A DNA stretch of 64,000 bases. It comes from Candidatus Cloacimonadota bacterium. Lineage in GTDB: Bacteria > Muiribacteriota > UBA6191. This document shows, in pieces, positions 38,794 to 48,277 of this stretch. The notes below the pieces were generated by a model, which worked only from the letters and a program-made list of their open reading frames with translations, ran no database searches and had not been told where the DNA came from. Within the stretch, counting starts at the first letter, position 1. The number at the start of each line of letters is the position of its first letter. The position numbers were made by a program, and so were the translations under genes. The stretch spans positions 83,648-147,647 of the forward strand of contig JACFNL010000001.1 of the NCBI GenBank assembly GCA_019454875.1, given 5' to 3'.

Positions 38794-40372
38794 GATAACT
38801 TTCCTGAAACTCTGGTCCAGAAACCATCCTGATACTGTGTTTATTACCAAAAGAGGATGCTTCCGCAGTAAATGTACCCATGGTCAGAACCAGACAGGAA
38901 TCATATCTTCGGTTAATCATTTCCGAGTATGCCTGATTCATTTCCACTTCCCCTAATTGAGACAGTCCTGGATAAACCCTGGCATAAATCTGATCTCTTG
39001 ACCTTCCTGACAATAAAAAGGAAGAAAACAAATCGCTTCTTTCTGTACGAATCGGCTTAATCTGATCAAAGCCCAGATTGCGAAAAAATCTGGTTACATG
39101 AAGCTGGATCTGTTTAGACCCTAACATGGGAAAATCCTTAAGACCGATCCTTTCCTTACCTACCAGAAATTCCCTCAGCCCACTTAAGAATGAATTGTCC
39201 ACGCTGGATTCAATCTGGGCCACATCAAATGGTGGGATTCTGTAAAAGGTAATCGGATCCAGCTTCAGTTTTTGCTCAAACAGAAACGGATCACCAATGC
39301 GCTTCTCATTGTAATAGTCCCGAATCAGTTGAACTGAGTCCAGAAGTTTGTCCAGATCCGAGCTTAACAGGTTCTCCAAAGTCTTAAATTCCTTAAATTC
39401 AGGATCGAGATTAAGCTGAAGCCTAAGCCTCTCGACTGCCGACTTTGGATCCTGTCCAATTCGGGCAAAATATCCAAACAGAGCCTTCTGCCATTGAATT
39501 TCCCTCCTCTGTTCCGAAGAGATTAGAGGCTCAAGCAGAATTCTTTCAAACTGTTCTTCCCATACAACACATTCCTGGGCACTGTGATATCTGGTTCTCT
39601 GATAAAAACTTCGCATCACGGCACGAGCTGCATCCGTCACAAATTCAGAGGATTCTGACTGTTTGTTCAGATATACCTTAAAATAGTTCAGTGCCCCCTC
39701 ATTGTCGGAAAGATCAGACAGGGCTTTGGCCAGAAGATAATAGTGAAAAGGTGATTCCTGACGGTCTGCGATCAAGTCCAAAAGAATATTTCTGACCATA
39801 TCAAACTGACGATGTCCATAATAAGCCAGAGCCGCTGAAAATCTGGTTTCCACATCACGGTTCTGAGGGGGAATTCTGGAAAAAAGCCCAATTGCCCTTT
39901 CATACAGACCCTGGGAAGTATACAGATACACCAGACGGGACAGGATTCCCGGGTTTTCATAATTACCCCGGCTCAAAAGCAATAAATAATGGCGCATGGC
40001 TTCCCCATACTGATGATCCGTGAAACACAGATGGGCAAACTCCTCACGAAACTTGTCCAGTTCGTCTGCCTCAAACGAACTGTGGTACTCATCTATCAGA
40101 ATTTTAAGCTCGCCCATTAACTTCGTAAATTCGCGCTGCTCCCGGTAAATGTCAATCAATCTTAGCCTTGCCCTCACAAAATCCGGCTGGGTAGACAACA
40201 GCTCCAAAAATTTGGCCTCAGCTCCTGAAAGGTCCTTCTTTTCCTGTAGATGAACCCCCTCCACATACAAAGGGCTTTGCTGCTCAACCATTCTGGTAAC
40301 AAAATACTTGAGCAGCAAAAAAGCCACAGCGGGACAGATTATAAAAAAAAATATAGATACAAGAATCTGCAC
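38777..40372 (-). CDS. Membrane-anchored TPR-repeat protein (531 aa)
   Basis: N-terminal TM (ILVSIFFFIICPAVAFLLL) then TPR-like helical repeats. T9 homopolymer in codons 8-10. Confidence 0.45.
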   Translation of the reverse strand: MQILVSIFFFIICPAVAFLLLKYFVTRMVEQQSPLYVEGVHLQEKKDLSGAEAKFLELLSTQPDFVRARLRLIDIYREQREFTKLMGELKILIDEYHSSFEADELDKFREEFAHLCFTDHQYGEAMRHYLLLLSRGNYENPGILSRLVYLYTSQGLYERAIGLFSRIPPQNRDVETRFSAALAYYGHRQFDMVRNILLDLIADRQESPFHYYLLAKALSDLSDNEGALNYFKVYLNKQSESSEFVTDAARAVMRSFYQRTRYHSAQECVVWEEQFERILLEPLISSEQRREIQWQKALFGYFARIGQDPKSAVERLRLQLNLDPEFKEFKTLENLLSSDLDKLLDSVQLIRDYYNEKRIGDPFLFEQKLKLDPITFYRIPPFDVAQIESSVDNSFLSGLREFLVGKERIGLKDFPMLGSKQIQLHVTRFFRNLGFDQIKPIRTERSDLFSSFLLSGRSRDQIYARVYPGLSQLGEVEMNQAYSEMINRRYDSCLVLTMGTFTAEASSFGNKHSIRMVSGPEFQESYLMRVS

Positions 40373-40384
40373 AGAACTCCAGAA

Positions 40385-41395
40385 TCAGGCTCTTAGGGAC
40401 GCGGAGTGAAATCTCAGTGAATTTCCAATTTCATCCCTCCACAATTCCCAATCATGGGGACCATGTCCCACGAAACACTCACAAGGAATTCCAATGGTGT
40501 TCAAAAATTGTTGAAAATGTCTGTTTAGAGGAATCAGGGAGGGCTCACCATCTCCACAGTTCAGACGGATTTTCACCCCGGAATCCTTAAGCTCTCGGGC
40601 CTTCTCACTGGCCAGATCAAACATATCTTTGGATAAAGGACAGGACAGGGAACTTAATGAGCTGAACGAATAGGGATGCAAAAATCCGATTCTCATGGCC
40701 CAGTGCGCCCCAATACTTAACCCTTCCAGTGCTCGTCCTTTAGCGGGATTGACCCGAAAAGCAGACTCAATATGTCCCATCAAATCCTGGGTCATATAAC
40801 GGTAAAACAGATGTTCCTGATCGGACTCCGTCCAACTCTGATCCTTGTCTGGCATAACAATAATCATTTCCTGCATTTCCCCGCCTGCAATCAAGGAGTC
40901 TGCCACCAGATGAATTTCTCCCTTGTTAGTCCAATCCATCTCATAATCCAAAAGACCGCCCATGAGATAAAGCACAGGATATGATTTGTCAGAGAGTCCG
41001 TAGGAGGGAGGCAAATACACTACATACTTTTTATAACTCCCAAGACTTTCAGAATAAAAGGAGCGATGATACAGGGAGCCTGAGTTACCCGTCAGATCAA
41101 ACCAGGAGTTTTCGTGTTTGCCAGGATCCGTTCTAAGATTGACCCGATCATTGATATAGTTTCCATCAACAACAAAACGATACTGAATTTCGCGGTTGCC
41201 AAGGGCAGGAGTTCTTATTCCCCAGTAGCCATTTTCCCCAGGCTGCATACCCCAAAGCTGCCAGCCGTTAAAGTCGCCGGCTACAGCAACCTGTCTGGCA
41301 TTGGGGGCATAACAGGAAAATACTACGGATGTATCCTTAAGAATCTGGGAATGAGACACAATAATCCTCCTCGCATTCGTGATAGGTATAGTCAT
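40385..41395 (-). CDS. CBM48 (glycogen-binding-like) domain fused to esterase-D/enterochelin-esterase-like hydrolase
   Basis: VVFSCYAPNARQVAVAGDFNGWQ is an AMPK-beta/CBM48-like signature. C-terminal alpha/beta hydrolase with GLSIGAH nucleophile elbow. Confidence 0.55.
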   Translation of the reverse strand: MTIPITNARRIIVSHSQILKDTSVVFSCYAPNARQVAVAGDFNGWQLWGMQPGENGYWGIRTPALGNREIQYRFVVDGNYINDRVNLRTDPGKHENSWFDLTGNSGSLYHRSFYSESLGSYKKYVVYLPPSYGLSDKSYPVLYLMGGLLDYEMDWTNKGEIHLVADSLIAGGEMQEMIIVMPDKDQSWTESDQEHLFYRYMTQDLMGHIESAFRVNPAKGRALEGLSIGAHWAMRIGFLHPYSFSSLSSLSCPLSKDMFDLASEKARELKDSGVKIRLNCGDGEPSLIPLNRHFQQFLNTIGIPCECFVGHGPHDWELWRDEIGNSLRFHSASLRA

Positions 41396-41437
41396 TTTAG
41401 GCTAAGAAGTCCTACCTAGCAATGCCTAAACCGAACT

Positions 41438-42136
41438 TTAGACAACAGGCTGAATTTTAGGCTTGGGAAGTTGGTGCATACTCCTCATCAGCAACTGATT
41501 CAGAGTATCCTTTTCTCTCTCAAACATACCAGTGAATTCTAAAGAATACCTGTAGGTAAGATTTTCATTACCGGCTTCCGTGGATCTGCGAAGGACTCTG
41601 GCTAAAACCCCATGAAAATCAAAAAACTCCATGGAAAAAAAGAGTTCCAGGACATCACCTGGTTCCATCAGCTCCATGGAACTGATTTCAATTCCACCTA
41701 CGCTGATATCTATACTCTCCCCTGAATAAAAAGACTCACTAAACCCGTCTTCGCACAACAGGCGAAACTTCATTTCCATCTGTTTTTTAACACGAATAAA
41801 ACGCCGTTTCTGCTCCATTTTCTCCCAGAATCGTGGCAGGTTGATCGTAAGTCTTCGATCTTCATGCTGTTGCAGGATTGCAGGAGTAATATCCACCTTG
41901 AAGGAAATAACCTTGCCCCTCACAATAGCCTGAAACACTGCAAAGCGAACCCCTGGAAAAAAATACCGGCCTTTTAAGGGTGACTCTGGCCATACAAGAA
42001 CAAGACTGTCACCACTGACTGAAACGACTCGGCTCGTCAAGGTAAGTTTTCCCTGCTCAGGATCAAACACAATCAACTGGACAAACTGATTGCGCACTAA
42101 AGAAAAAGGTGATGTGGCTTCACGGGCTTTGAGCAT
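41438..42136 (-). CDS. YcgR-like PilZ-domain c-di-GMP receptor
   Basis: RRFIRVKK (RxxxR) and DISVGGIEIS (D/NxSxxG) motifs. 232 aa with N-terminal YcgR-N-like domain. Confidence 0.55.
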   Translation of the reverse strand: MLKAREATSPFSLVRNQFVQLIVFDPEQGKLTLTSRVVSVSGDSLVLVWPESPLKGRYFFPGVRFAVFQAIVRGKVISFKVDITPAILQQHEDRRLTINLPRFWEKMEQKRRFIRVKKQMEMKFRLLCEDGFSESFYSGESIDISVGGIEISSMELMEPGDVLELFFSMEFFDFHGVLARVLRRSTEAGNENLTYRYSLEFTGMFEREKDTLNQLLMRSMHQLPKPKIQPVV

Positions 42137-42142
42137 AATTCC

Positions 42143-43306
42143 TCAAGGGGCAGTTCGAGAAAGCTTCTTTATCTTTTCAAGAGTTTCTTGATTCTGGGGG
42201 GAGTTTGGTACTAATTCTATACACTTTTCATAGTGCTTGACTGCTTCGGCATTCTGCTTTAGAGCCGAAAGAGACTCTGCAAGATTATAGTGGGCATTGG
42301 GATAACCAGGGTTCACTGATACTGACTTGCGATAATATTCCAGGGCATCTTTATGCTTGGATTGTTTGGCCAGTAAAAATCCGATATTGTTAAACACTAC
42401 CGGGTCTTGTGGAGTCTGTAGAGAAAGTGACTTCAAAACTTCAATGGCCTTGTCCACCTGATTGGTATGATCATAAAGGGCTGCCAGATTCGTATAGGCA
42501 TTAAAATATTGGGGATTGCCTTCAATTGCCTTCAGATAATGTTTTGCTGCCTCTTCAGCGTTTTTTTGCATGGCAAACAAAAAACCGAGGTTGTTGTGGG
42601 CAGCTGCAAATTTGGGTTCTGCTGTTACAGCCTTCTGATAAAAGGCGATGGCCTTTGCCACATCATTTTGACCACCATAAATCAAACCCAGGTTGTAGTA
42701 TGCAAATGCGTAATCCTTCTGAATCGTCAAAACCTTCTGCCATGTGGCAATAGACTCTGCCTCTTTGCCTATGGAAAGGTAAATTCTTGCCAGATTTTCA
42801 TGAGCCTTCAGATTATCTGGTTCAACCTCCAGAGCTTTTTGCCAGTTCTGGATAGCCTCGTCCACCCTTTCCAGGGTAGCCAGAATAAATCCAAGATTAA
42901 TATATGCGTTGGCATATTTTGGATCTGTGGCAATTGCCTTTTCAATCATGGCCTTAGCCTCATCAAACATACCCTTCTGAGTATAAAGATAACCTAAAGA
43001 ATCCATGGCTTTGACATTGCCCGGCTCGACCTGCAATACCTTGTCCCAATACTGTTCTGCTAGCTGCGGTTTATCCAGTAAAAAATAGGCCCCACCCAAA
43101 TCATACAGGGCATCTACAAACGAGGGGGACAGGCTCACCGCCTTCTCCCACTCCTTAGCAGCCAATGCCACTCTACCCCGCTTCATATAGTACTGACCCT
43201 CTTTATAGGCTTTGTCAGCCGCGCCGCTTACATTAGCATTCGCAAAACTAAGCGAAGTCAGCAGCAGGGAAGTCATCAAACAATAGACAAAGCACCTCAT
43301 ATCCAA
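42143..43306 (-). CDS. Secreted TPR-repeat protein (387 aa)
   Basis: Signal peptide ...SLSFANA. About 9 tandem 34-aa TPR units (W/Y-LG-Y-A-F-P pattern). Confidence 0.55.
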   Translation of the reverse strand: MDMRCFVYCLMTSLLLTSLSFANANVSGAADKAYKEGQYYMKRGRVALAAKEWEKAVSLSPSFVDALYDLGGAYFLLDKPQLAEQYWDKVLQVEPGNVKAMDSLGYLYTQKGMFDEAKAMIEKAIATDPKYANAYINLGFILATLERVDEAIQNWQKALEVEPDNLKAHENLARIYLSIGKEAESIATWQKVLTIQKDYAFAYYNLGLIYGGQNDVAKAIAFYQKAVTAEPKFAAAHNNLGFLFAMQKNAEEAAKHYLKAIEGNPQYFNAYTNLAALYDHTNQVDKAIEVLKSLSLQTPQDPVVFNNIGFLLAKQSKHKDALEYYRKSVSVNPGYPNAHYNLAESLSALKQNAEAVKHYEKCIELVPNSPQNQETLEKIKKLSRTAP

Positions 43307-43310
43307 CTCC

Positions 43311-44675
43311 TTATTCTGTCTTCAGGATTTCGTTGGTTAAAAACGCTGTTGAAAAGCGTCCTCCCTGAAACCCACTCGACTCCAACACCTTCTGATGCAG
43401 CTTCACAGTACTGGCAATTCCTCGAATCTCAAACTCTGCTAATGCCCTTTTTGCCCTCTTGATACAGGCTTCCCTGTTCTCGGCATGCACGATTAGTTTA
43501 CCGACCATCGAGTCATAAAAAGGCAGAATGCTATCCCCTGCTGATACAAAAGAGTCAATTCTGACTCCAAGTCCCCCAGGATAAACCAGTCTCTCTATTT
43601 TACCTGGAGATGGCAAGAAATCCTGATCAGGATCTTCAGCATTAATACGAAACTCTATAGAATGTCCAGAAAAACGCACGCTTTCCTGAGAAATTGATAA
43701 CCTGTGCCCTTCTGCCACCCTGATCTGCTCTCTTACCAAATCGAAACCAGTTACCATTTCCGTTACAGGGTGTTCCACCTGAAGACGGGTATTCATTTCC
43801 ATAAAATAAAAATTTTCATCCTTATCTACCAGAAACTCCACAGTACCCGCATTGTGATATCCGATACTTTTAGCAACCAGAACACCGGCCTCGCAGATCC
43901 TCTGCCTGAGCTTCTCGGAAATTCCAGGAGAAGGAGATTCTTCTATCAGTTTCTGGTTTCTTCTTTGTACAGAACAGTTTCTCTCACCCAGATGAATCAC
44001 ATTTCCATGTTTGTCTCCAAGTACCTGAACCTCAATATGTCTGGGTTCCACAATAAACTTTTCCACATACAGGCCACCGTTTCCAAACGCTGACAAAGCC
44101 TCCTGGGAAGCAGTCTCGAACAATTCCGTAAATTCAGCCTCTGTCCTGACAAGACGCATTCCCCGGCCACCCCCACCAGCCGTAGCTTTGATCATGACAG
44201 GAAAACCGCACTTTCTGGCAACCTCAAGACCATCCTTAGGATTGGCAACAATACCCTCTGAACCCGGAACCGTAGGCACCTTAGCTGCCATCATGGTCTT
44301 TCTGGCTTCGCTTTTATCCCCCATTTTGGATATGGCATAGGGATCCGGACCAATAAAGGCAATTTCACAGCTTTGCAGGATCTCTACAAATTCTGCCCGC
44401 TCCGATAAAAAACCATATCCCGGATGAATGGCATCGGCACCTGTAATCTCAGCCGAAGCGATTATGTTCTGGACATTAAGATAACTGTCCCGCCCCAAAG
44501 CCGGGCCTACACAAACCGATTCATCTGCAAGCCTTACATGCAGACTGTCTTTGTCAGCCGTACTGTATACGGCCACAGTCTGAATCCCCATCTCCTTGCA
44601 GGTTCTTATGATACGGACAGCAATTTCTCCGCGATTGGCAATCAATATTTTTTTAAAGCTGCGAACTTCGCTCAT
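43311..44675 (-). CDS. accC: Acetyl-CoA carboxylase biotin carboxylase subunit
   Basis: KKILIANRGEIAVRIIRTCKEMGI, ATP-grasp motifs, 454 aa. Start overlaps the accB stop (ATGA). Confidence 0.9.
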   Translation of the reverse strand: MSEVRSFKKILIANRGEIAVRIIRTCKEMGIQTVAVYSTADKDSLHVRLADESVCVGPALGRDSYLNVQNIIASAEITGADAIHPGYGFLSERAEFVEILQSCEIAFIGPDPYAISKMGDKSEARKTMMAAKVPTVPGSEGIVANPKDGLEVARKCGFPVMIKATAGGGGRGMRLVRTEAEFTELFETASQEALSAFGNGGLYVEKFIVEPRHIEVQVLGDKHGNVIHLGERNCSVQRRNQKLIEESPSPGISEKLRQRICEAGVLVAKSIGYHNAGTVEFLVDKDENFYFMEMNTRLQVEHPVTEMVTGFDLVREQIRVAEGHRLSISQESVRFSGHSIEFRINAEDPDQDFLPSPGKIERLVYPGGLGVRIDSFVSAGDSILPFYDSMVGKLIVHAENREACIKRAKRALAEFEIRGIASTVKLHQKVLESSGFQGGRFSTAFLTNEILKTE

Positions 44676-45067
44676 GCCTGTCCTTCCAGTTCCAAAAGCA
44701 AGTCTCCGTACTCCACCGCATCGCCTGAACTGATAAGAATTTTCTGCACAACCCCTGCCTTACCAGCCTTAATCTCATGCATGATATTCATAGCTCTTAT
44801 CTGTCCTATTATGAAGTTCTCTTCCAATGTATCTCCAACTTTTACCCGAGGATAAAACAAACCTACACGAGTTGCCTTGATCAACTTCCTTTCATCGACT
44901 GAATCCAGGGCTGAAGGGGCGGGTTCTGATGAAGGCCTGATGGGATCTGCGATTTGAGATAGAGAACCAGGAGCCTTTCGTAAATATACCTCAGCCCCAT
45001 CTGTGCCTACGGTAACAGTATCGTAACGAGACTGACTAAACTCTTTTAAAAATGCTTCCATATCCAT
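44672..45067 (-). CDS. accB: Biotin carboxyl carrier protein homologue lacking the canonical biotinyl-lysine (AMNIM in place of AMKM)
   Basis: Pro/Ala-rich linker then biotinyl-domain fold, GDTL...AMNIMHEIKAGKAGVVQKILISSGDAVEYGDLL. Aligns to E. coli [41 protein letters not shown]. Codon is AAT (plus-strand att at 44786-44788). Confidence 0.6.
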   Translation of the reverse strand: MDMEAFLKEFSQSRYDTVTVGTDGAEVYLRKAPGSLSQIADPIRPSSEPAPSALDSVDERKLIKATRVGLFYPRVKVGDTLEENFIIGQIRAMNIMHEIKAGKAGVVQKILISSGDAVEYGDLLLELEGQA

Positions 45068-45071
45068 AGAA

Positions 45072-45593
45072 CTACTCCTTCAGCGAATGCAAGGACTCCT
45101 CGGACTCTCTTAAAAAAGCCTCAGCCATCCTTTCCCGAGTACGAATTGGATCTTCAACAATGATTCTGGACCCGTTTAAAACATCCATAAATCCAAGCTC
45201 TCTTTGATACCGGGGAACCACATGTAAATGAACATGATCAATACTTGCTCCACTACAATGCCCCAGATTGTAGCCTAGATTGAACCCTTTAGGATTATAC
45301 ATCTGCCTCAAAACCGCAAACGCCATTCTTTGAATAGCAAAACTGCTAAGGATTTCAGCTTCTGTAAAATCTTCTATGGTACATGTATGCCGAACCGGAA
45401 CAATCATAAGGTGTCCTGGATTGTATGGATACAGATTTAATGTCACAAAAAACAGTTCTGATTGCCACACTATAAGATTTTCCACTCCAGGTTCGTTTCT
45501 GTATGCAGAGCACAGAATACAATCCACCCTTGGTCTGTGTCCCTGAACATAGGACAGCTTTTCCGGGCAAAACAAATTCTGTCTTGAACTCAT
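45072..45593 (-). CDS. HIT-family nucleotide hydrolase/transferase
   Basis: DCILC and histidine triad HVHLHVVPR. Confidence 0.7.
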   Translation of the reverse strand: MSSRQNLFCPEKLSYVQGHRPRVDCILCSAYRNEPGVENLIVWQSELFFVTLNLYPYNPGHLMIVPVRHTCTIEDFTEAEILSSFAIQRMAFAVLRQMYNPKGFNLGYNLGHCSGASIDHVHLHVVPRYQRELGFMDVLNGSRIIVEDPIRTRERMAEAFLRESEESLHSLKE

Positions 45594-47014
45594 ACCTGAC
45601 TCCCTTCCAGGTCTTTTAACAGCTTCAGCACCCGAACCTGCTCGGAAGAATCCTTTTCCAGGCAGGACTGCAAACGCAATAGAGTCTGACGGGCTTTTGC
45701 ATTTTCTCCTTCCAAAATCAGGATATCAACATAACAGAATGCGGATTGGTAATAAAAGGGGTTCAAATCCCAGGCCTCCTGATAGTGCTCCCGAGCCTTC
45801 TGCAACTCACCAAGCTTTTCATAACACAATCCACAATAATAGTGCCCGTCAGCATAGGAAGGCGCAATTTCAATTCCCTTTTTCAACTCCTCAAGAGCTT
45901 CAGAATACTGCCCCTTTTCATAAAGTTCCTTACCAAGGTCAATATGAAAAGAACCAAAATCAGGTCTTGGTTTCAAAACTCTTAAAAGCTCTGCTGATGC
46001 CTCTTCCATATAACCCGCATCACAAAAACTCATGATGTTATTCATCACCTGTTCCCTGACTTCCGTTTGATTAACAGCAGCCAAAAGACTCTTGACACTC
46101 AAGGAAAATTCCTCATTTTCGAATTCAAGTCTGCCCTTCTCGTAAAGAGCCTTATGAAAGTGAGGGTTTATATTCACAGCCTGTGAGAAAGCTTCCAGGG
46201 CATCTGCCTGTTTTCCCATGCGCAGATAGATCATCCCGATACGATACAATACATCTGGAAAAGGTGGTTTTTTTAATAAATCCTCAAGTGCGTCCCCAAA
46301 ATCAATTTCAACCTGTTCCATCTGTTCGGCAATAGCCTGTAACTGCTTCTTGACCCTAACATCCTCAGGATGGATTTTTAATGCCTGAGTCAACCATTCC
46401 CGAGCCTCTTCCCACTCCCTTAGCTGAATACAGATAAGTCCGAGGTGGGCCAGCACAGAAAATGAATCGGCTTTCAGCTGATGGGCCCGCTTCAGACTAA
46501 GCCTGGCCTCTTCAAAATTTTCTGATAAAAAATGCACTCTTCCCAGAAGATAGTGAGAACGGTAAGCATAAGGCTTAAGACTGACAAGATTTCTGGCCAC
46601 AGCCTCGGCTCTTACAATGTTTCCTATACGGATATTCTGCCGGATAAAATAAGCCAGTACCTTTTCGTCTCTGGGTCGGCCAGACAAAAGCACCTCAAGA
46701 GCATACTCTGCATCCTCTTTTTTGGATTCAGATATAGCTAAATCGACAATCTTCTGGGTTTCCTCAATTTGATCCAGAACCTGCACTTCACTGCCGTCCA
46801 CACCACGAAGGATTTCTTCAATCCCATCAAGCTGAAATGCCGACCTGAGCTGCTGTCGTTCACAGACATTGATGTACATTTCCAGATTGGGCCAGTCTGC
46901 TTTTAAACTTCTAAGCACTTCCCAGTGTTTTAGAGCCTCCCGAAACAGACCCTGCCGATAGAGCTTTAACCCCTGATTAAAAAATTCACTTGCCGAGAGC
47001 AATTCCTGCTTCAT
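45590..47014 (-). CDS. TPR-repeat protein (474 aa)
   Basis: Repeated TPR-like A-x-x-Y-x-x-A-L motifs. Start overlaps the HIT gene stop. Confidence 0.55.
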   Translation of the reverse strand: MKQELLSASEFFNQGLKLYRQGLFREALKHWEVLRSLKADWPNLEMYINVCERQQLRSAFQLDGIEEILRGVDGSEVQVLDQIEETQKIVDLAISESKKEDAEYALEVLLSGRPRDEKVLAYFIRQNIRIGNIVRAEAVARNLVSLKPYAYRSHYLLGRVHFLSENFEEARLSLKRAHQLKADSFSVLAHLGLICIQLREWEEAREWLTQALKIHPEDVRVKKQLQAIAEQMEQVEIDFGDALEDLLKKPPFPDVLYRIGMIYLRMGKQADALEAFSQAVNINPHFHKALYEKGRLEFENEEFSLSVKSLLAAVNQTEVREQVMNNIMSFCDAGYMEEASAELLRVLKPRPDFGSFHIDLGKELYEKGQYSEALEELKKGIEIAPSYADGHYYCGLCYEKLGELQKAREHYQEAWDLNPFYYQSAFCYVDILILEGENAKARQTLLRLQSCLEKDSSEQVRVLKLLKDLEGSQV

Positions 47015-47017
47015 AAT

Positions 47018-48277
47018 CTAGGTCTTTCTAGGTTTGGGCCTGGCCGCAGGGAAAAGCACATTATTAAGTATCAGGCGATATCCTGGGGAGTTTTTATGCA
47101 GCCTGAGATCCGTGGGCGGGTCTTCCACTGCATGCGAAAAATCCTCTGGATCATGGCCCCCATAGAATGTAAATGTGCCCTGACCTACCTTGCCGTGCAA
47201 ATACTTATAGACATTCCCATCAACAACTTTTCCAAGCCGGATCACTGATGGTTTAAGAAGATTTCCATCAAAGGCTGTAGTTTGCCCAAGAAATCCCCTG
47301 ACCCGATTCACATGGTTCTGAGTCAGCATGGTGGGAATAGGATCAAACTTTGCAGAAAACTCAAACAGGGTGAAGTCTTCTCTTTCTGGGGTCATGCGAT
47401 GTTCGTATCGGGAAACATCAATATTGGAAAACTCATAAATCATAGGGTCAGTAATGACTTCAAAATTGTGGAAGGCAAATGTCTTTTCAAAATCAAGATA
47501 GTTTTCAAAAGCAGGAGTGATCGGTGTTCCATCAATGCGGGCATCCACTACATCTACCGAGGAAGCCGCCAGAGCTAAATCAAGACTGTCGGTAGCCGAG
47601 CACATCGCAAAAAGATATCCACCACGAAAGACATAATCCCTAAGATTTAATGAGACCTGTGCAAACCAGGCTGAAACTGAGGGAAAACCAGCTTCAGTGG
47701 CCATTTCACGAAACTGCTGAACCTTTTTCACATACCAGGGAGCATCCTTGAAGGTGCGATAGAATTTCCCATACTGTCCGGAAAAATCTTCATGATGAAG
47801 ATGAAGCCAGTCATAGTCAAAATGTTTTCCGGCCAATACTTCGGAATTCCATATCTTGGCGTAAGGCACCTTGGCATATTCCATAACCAGAGTAACCGCA
47901 TCATCCCAGGGGTCTGAGGATGGAGTGGTATACACGGCAATTTTTGGTGCTCTCTCCAAAGGCATTACCGCCGAATTTTCATTCTCAATCTGTTTGAAGA
48001 TATTGCCACGGGCCGAATCCGAGACCAGTTCGATACGAACCCCGTACAGGGCTGCCTGAATCTCGATCAAATCGGAGCGGGCCATTAAAAAACTACCGCC
48101 CTGATAGTTTAGAAGCCAATCCACCCTAAGGGAATGTTCCAAAGCAAAATACACCAGGCCATAGGCCCGTAGATGATCGGTCTGTCTCTGGTTCATTGGC
48201 ACAAAAATCCAGTCCGAGGCCCAAGGGCTTACGATGCAGGACAAAAATATAATAACGGTACAGACTATAACTCTCAT
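47018..48277 (-). CDS. Hypothetical secreted protein (419 aa), translationally coupled to xdhC
   Basis: Signal peptide MRVIVCTVIIFLSCIVSPWASDW. Start overlaps the xdhC stop (ATGA). Possibly a class-I glutamine-amidotransferase-like or ThuA-like fold (KIAVYTTPSSDPWDD, RGGYLFAMCSATD). Unverified. Confidence 0.3.
   Translation of the reverse strand: MRVIVCTVIIFLSCIVSPWASDWIFVPMNQRQTDHLRAYGLVYFALEHSLRVDWLLNYQGGSFLMARSDLIEIQAALYGVRIELVSDSARGNIFKQIENENSAVMPLERAPKIAVYTTPSSDPWDDAVTLVMEYAKVPYAKIWNSEVLAGKHFDYDWLHLHHEDFSGQYGKFYRTFKDAPWYVKKVQQFREMATEAGFPSVSAWFAQVSLNLRDYVFRGGYLFAMCSATDSLDLALAASSVDVVDARIDGTPITPAFENYLDFEKTFAFHNFEVITDPMIYEFSNIDVSRYEHRMTPEREDFTLFEFSAKFDPIPTMLTQNHVNRVRGFLGQTTAFDGNLLKPSVIRLGKVVDGNVYKYLHGKVGQGTFTFYGGHDPEDFSHAVEDPPTDLRLHKNSPGYRLILNNVLFPAARPKPRKT

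Noticed and set aside
42467-42997. 176-aa plus-strand ORF inside the secreted TPR gene
   Set aside because: Antisense; Cys/Ile/Phe-rich composition typical of an AT-skewed reverse frame.
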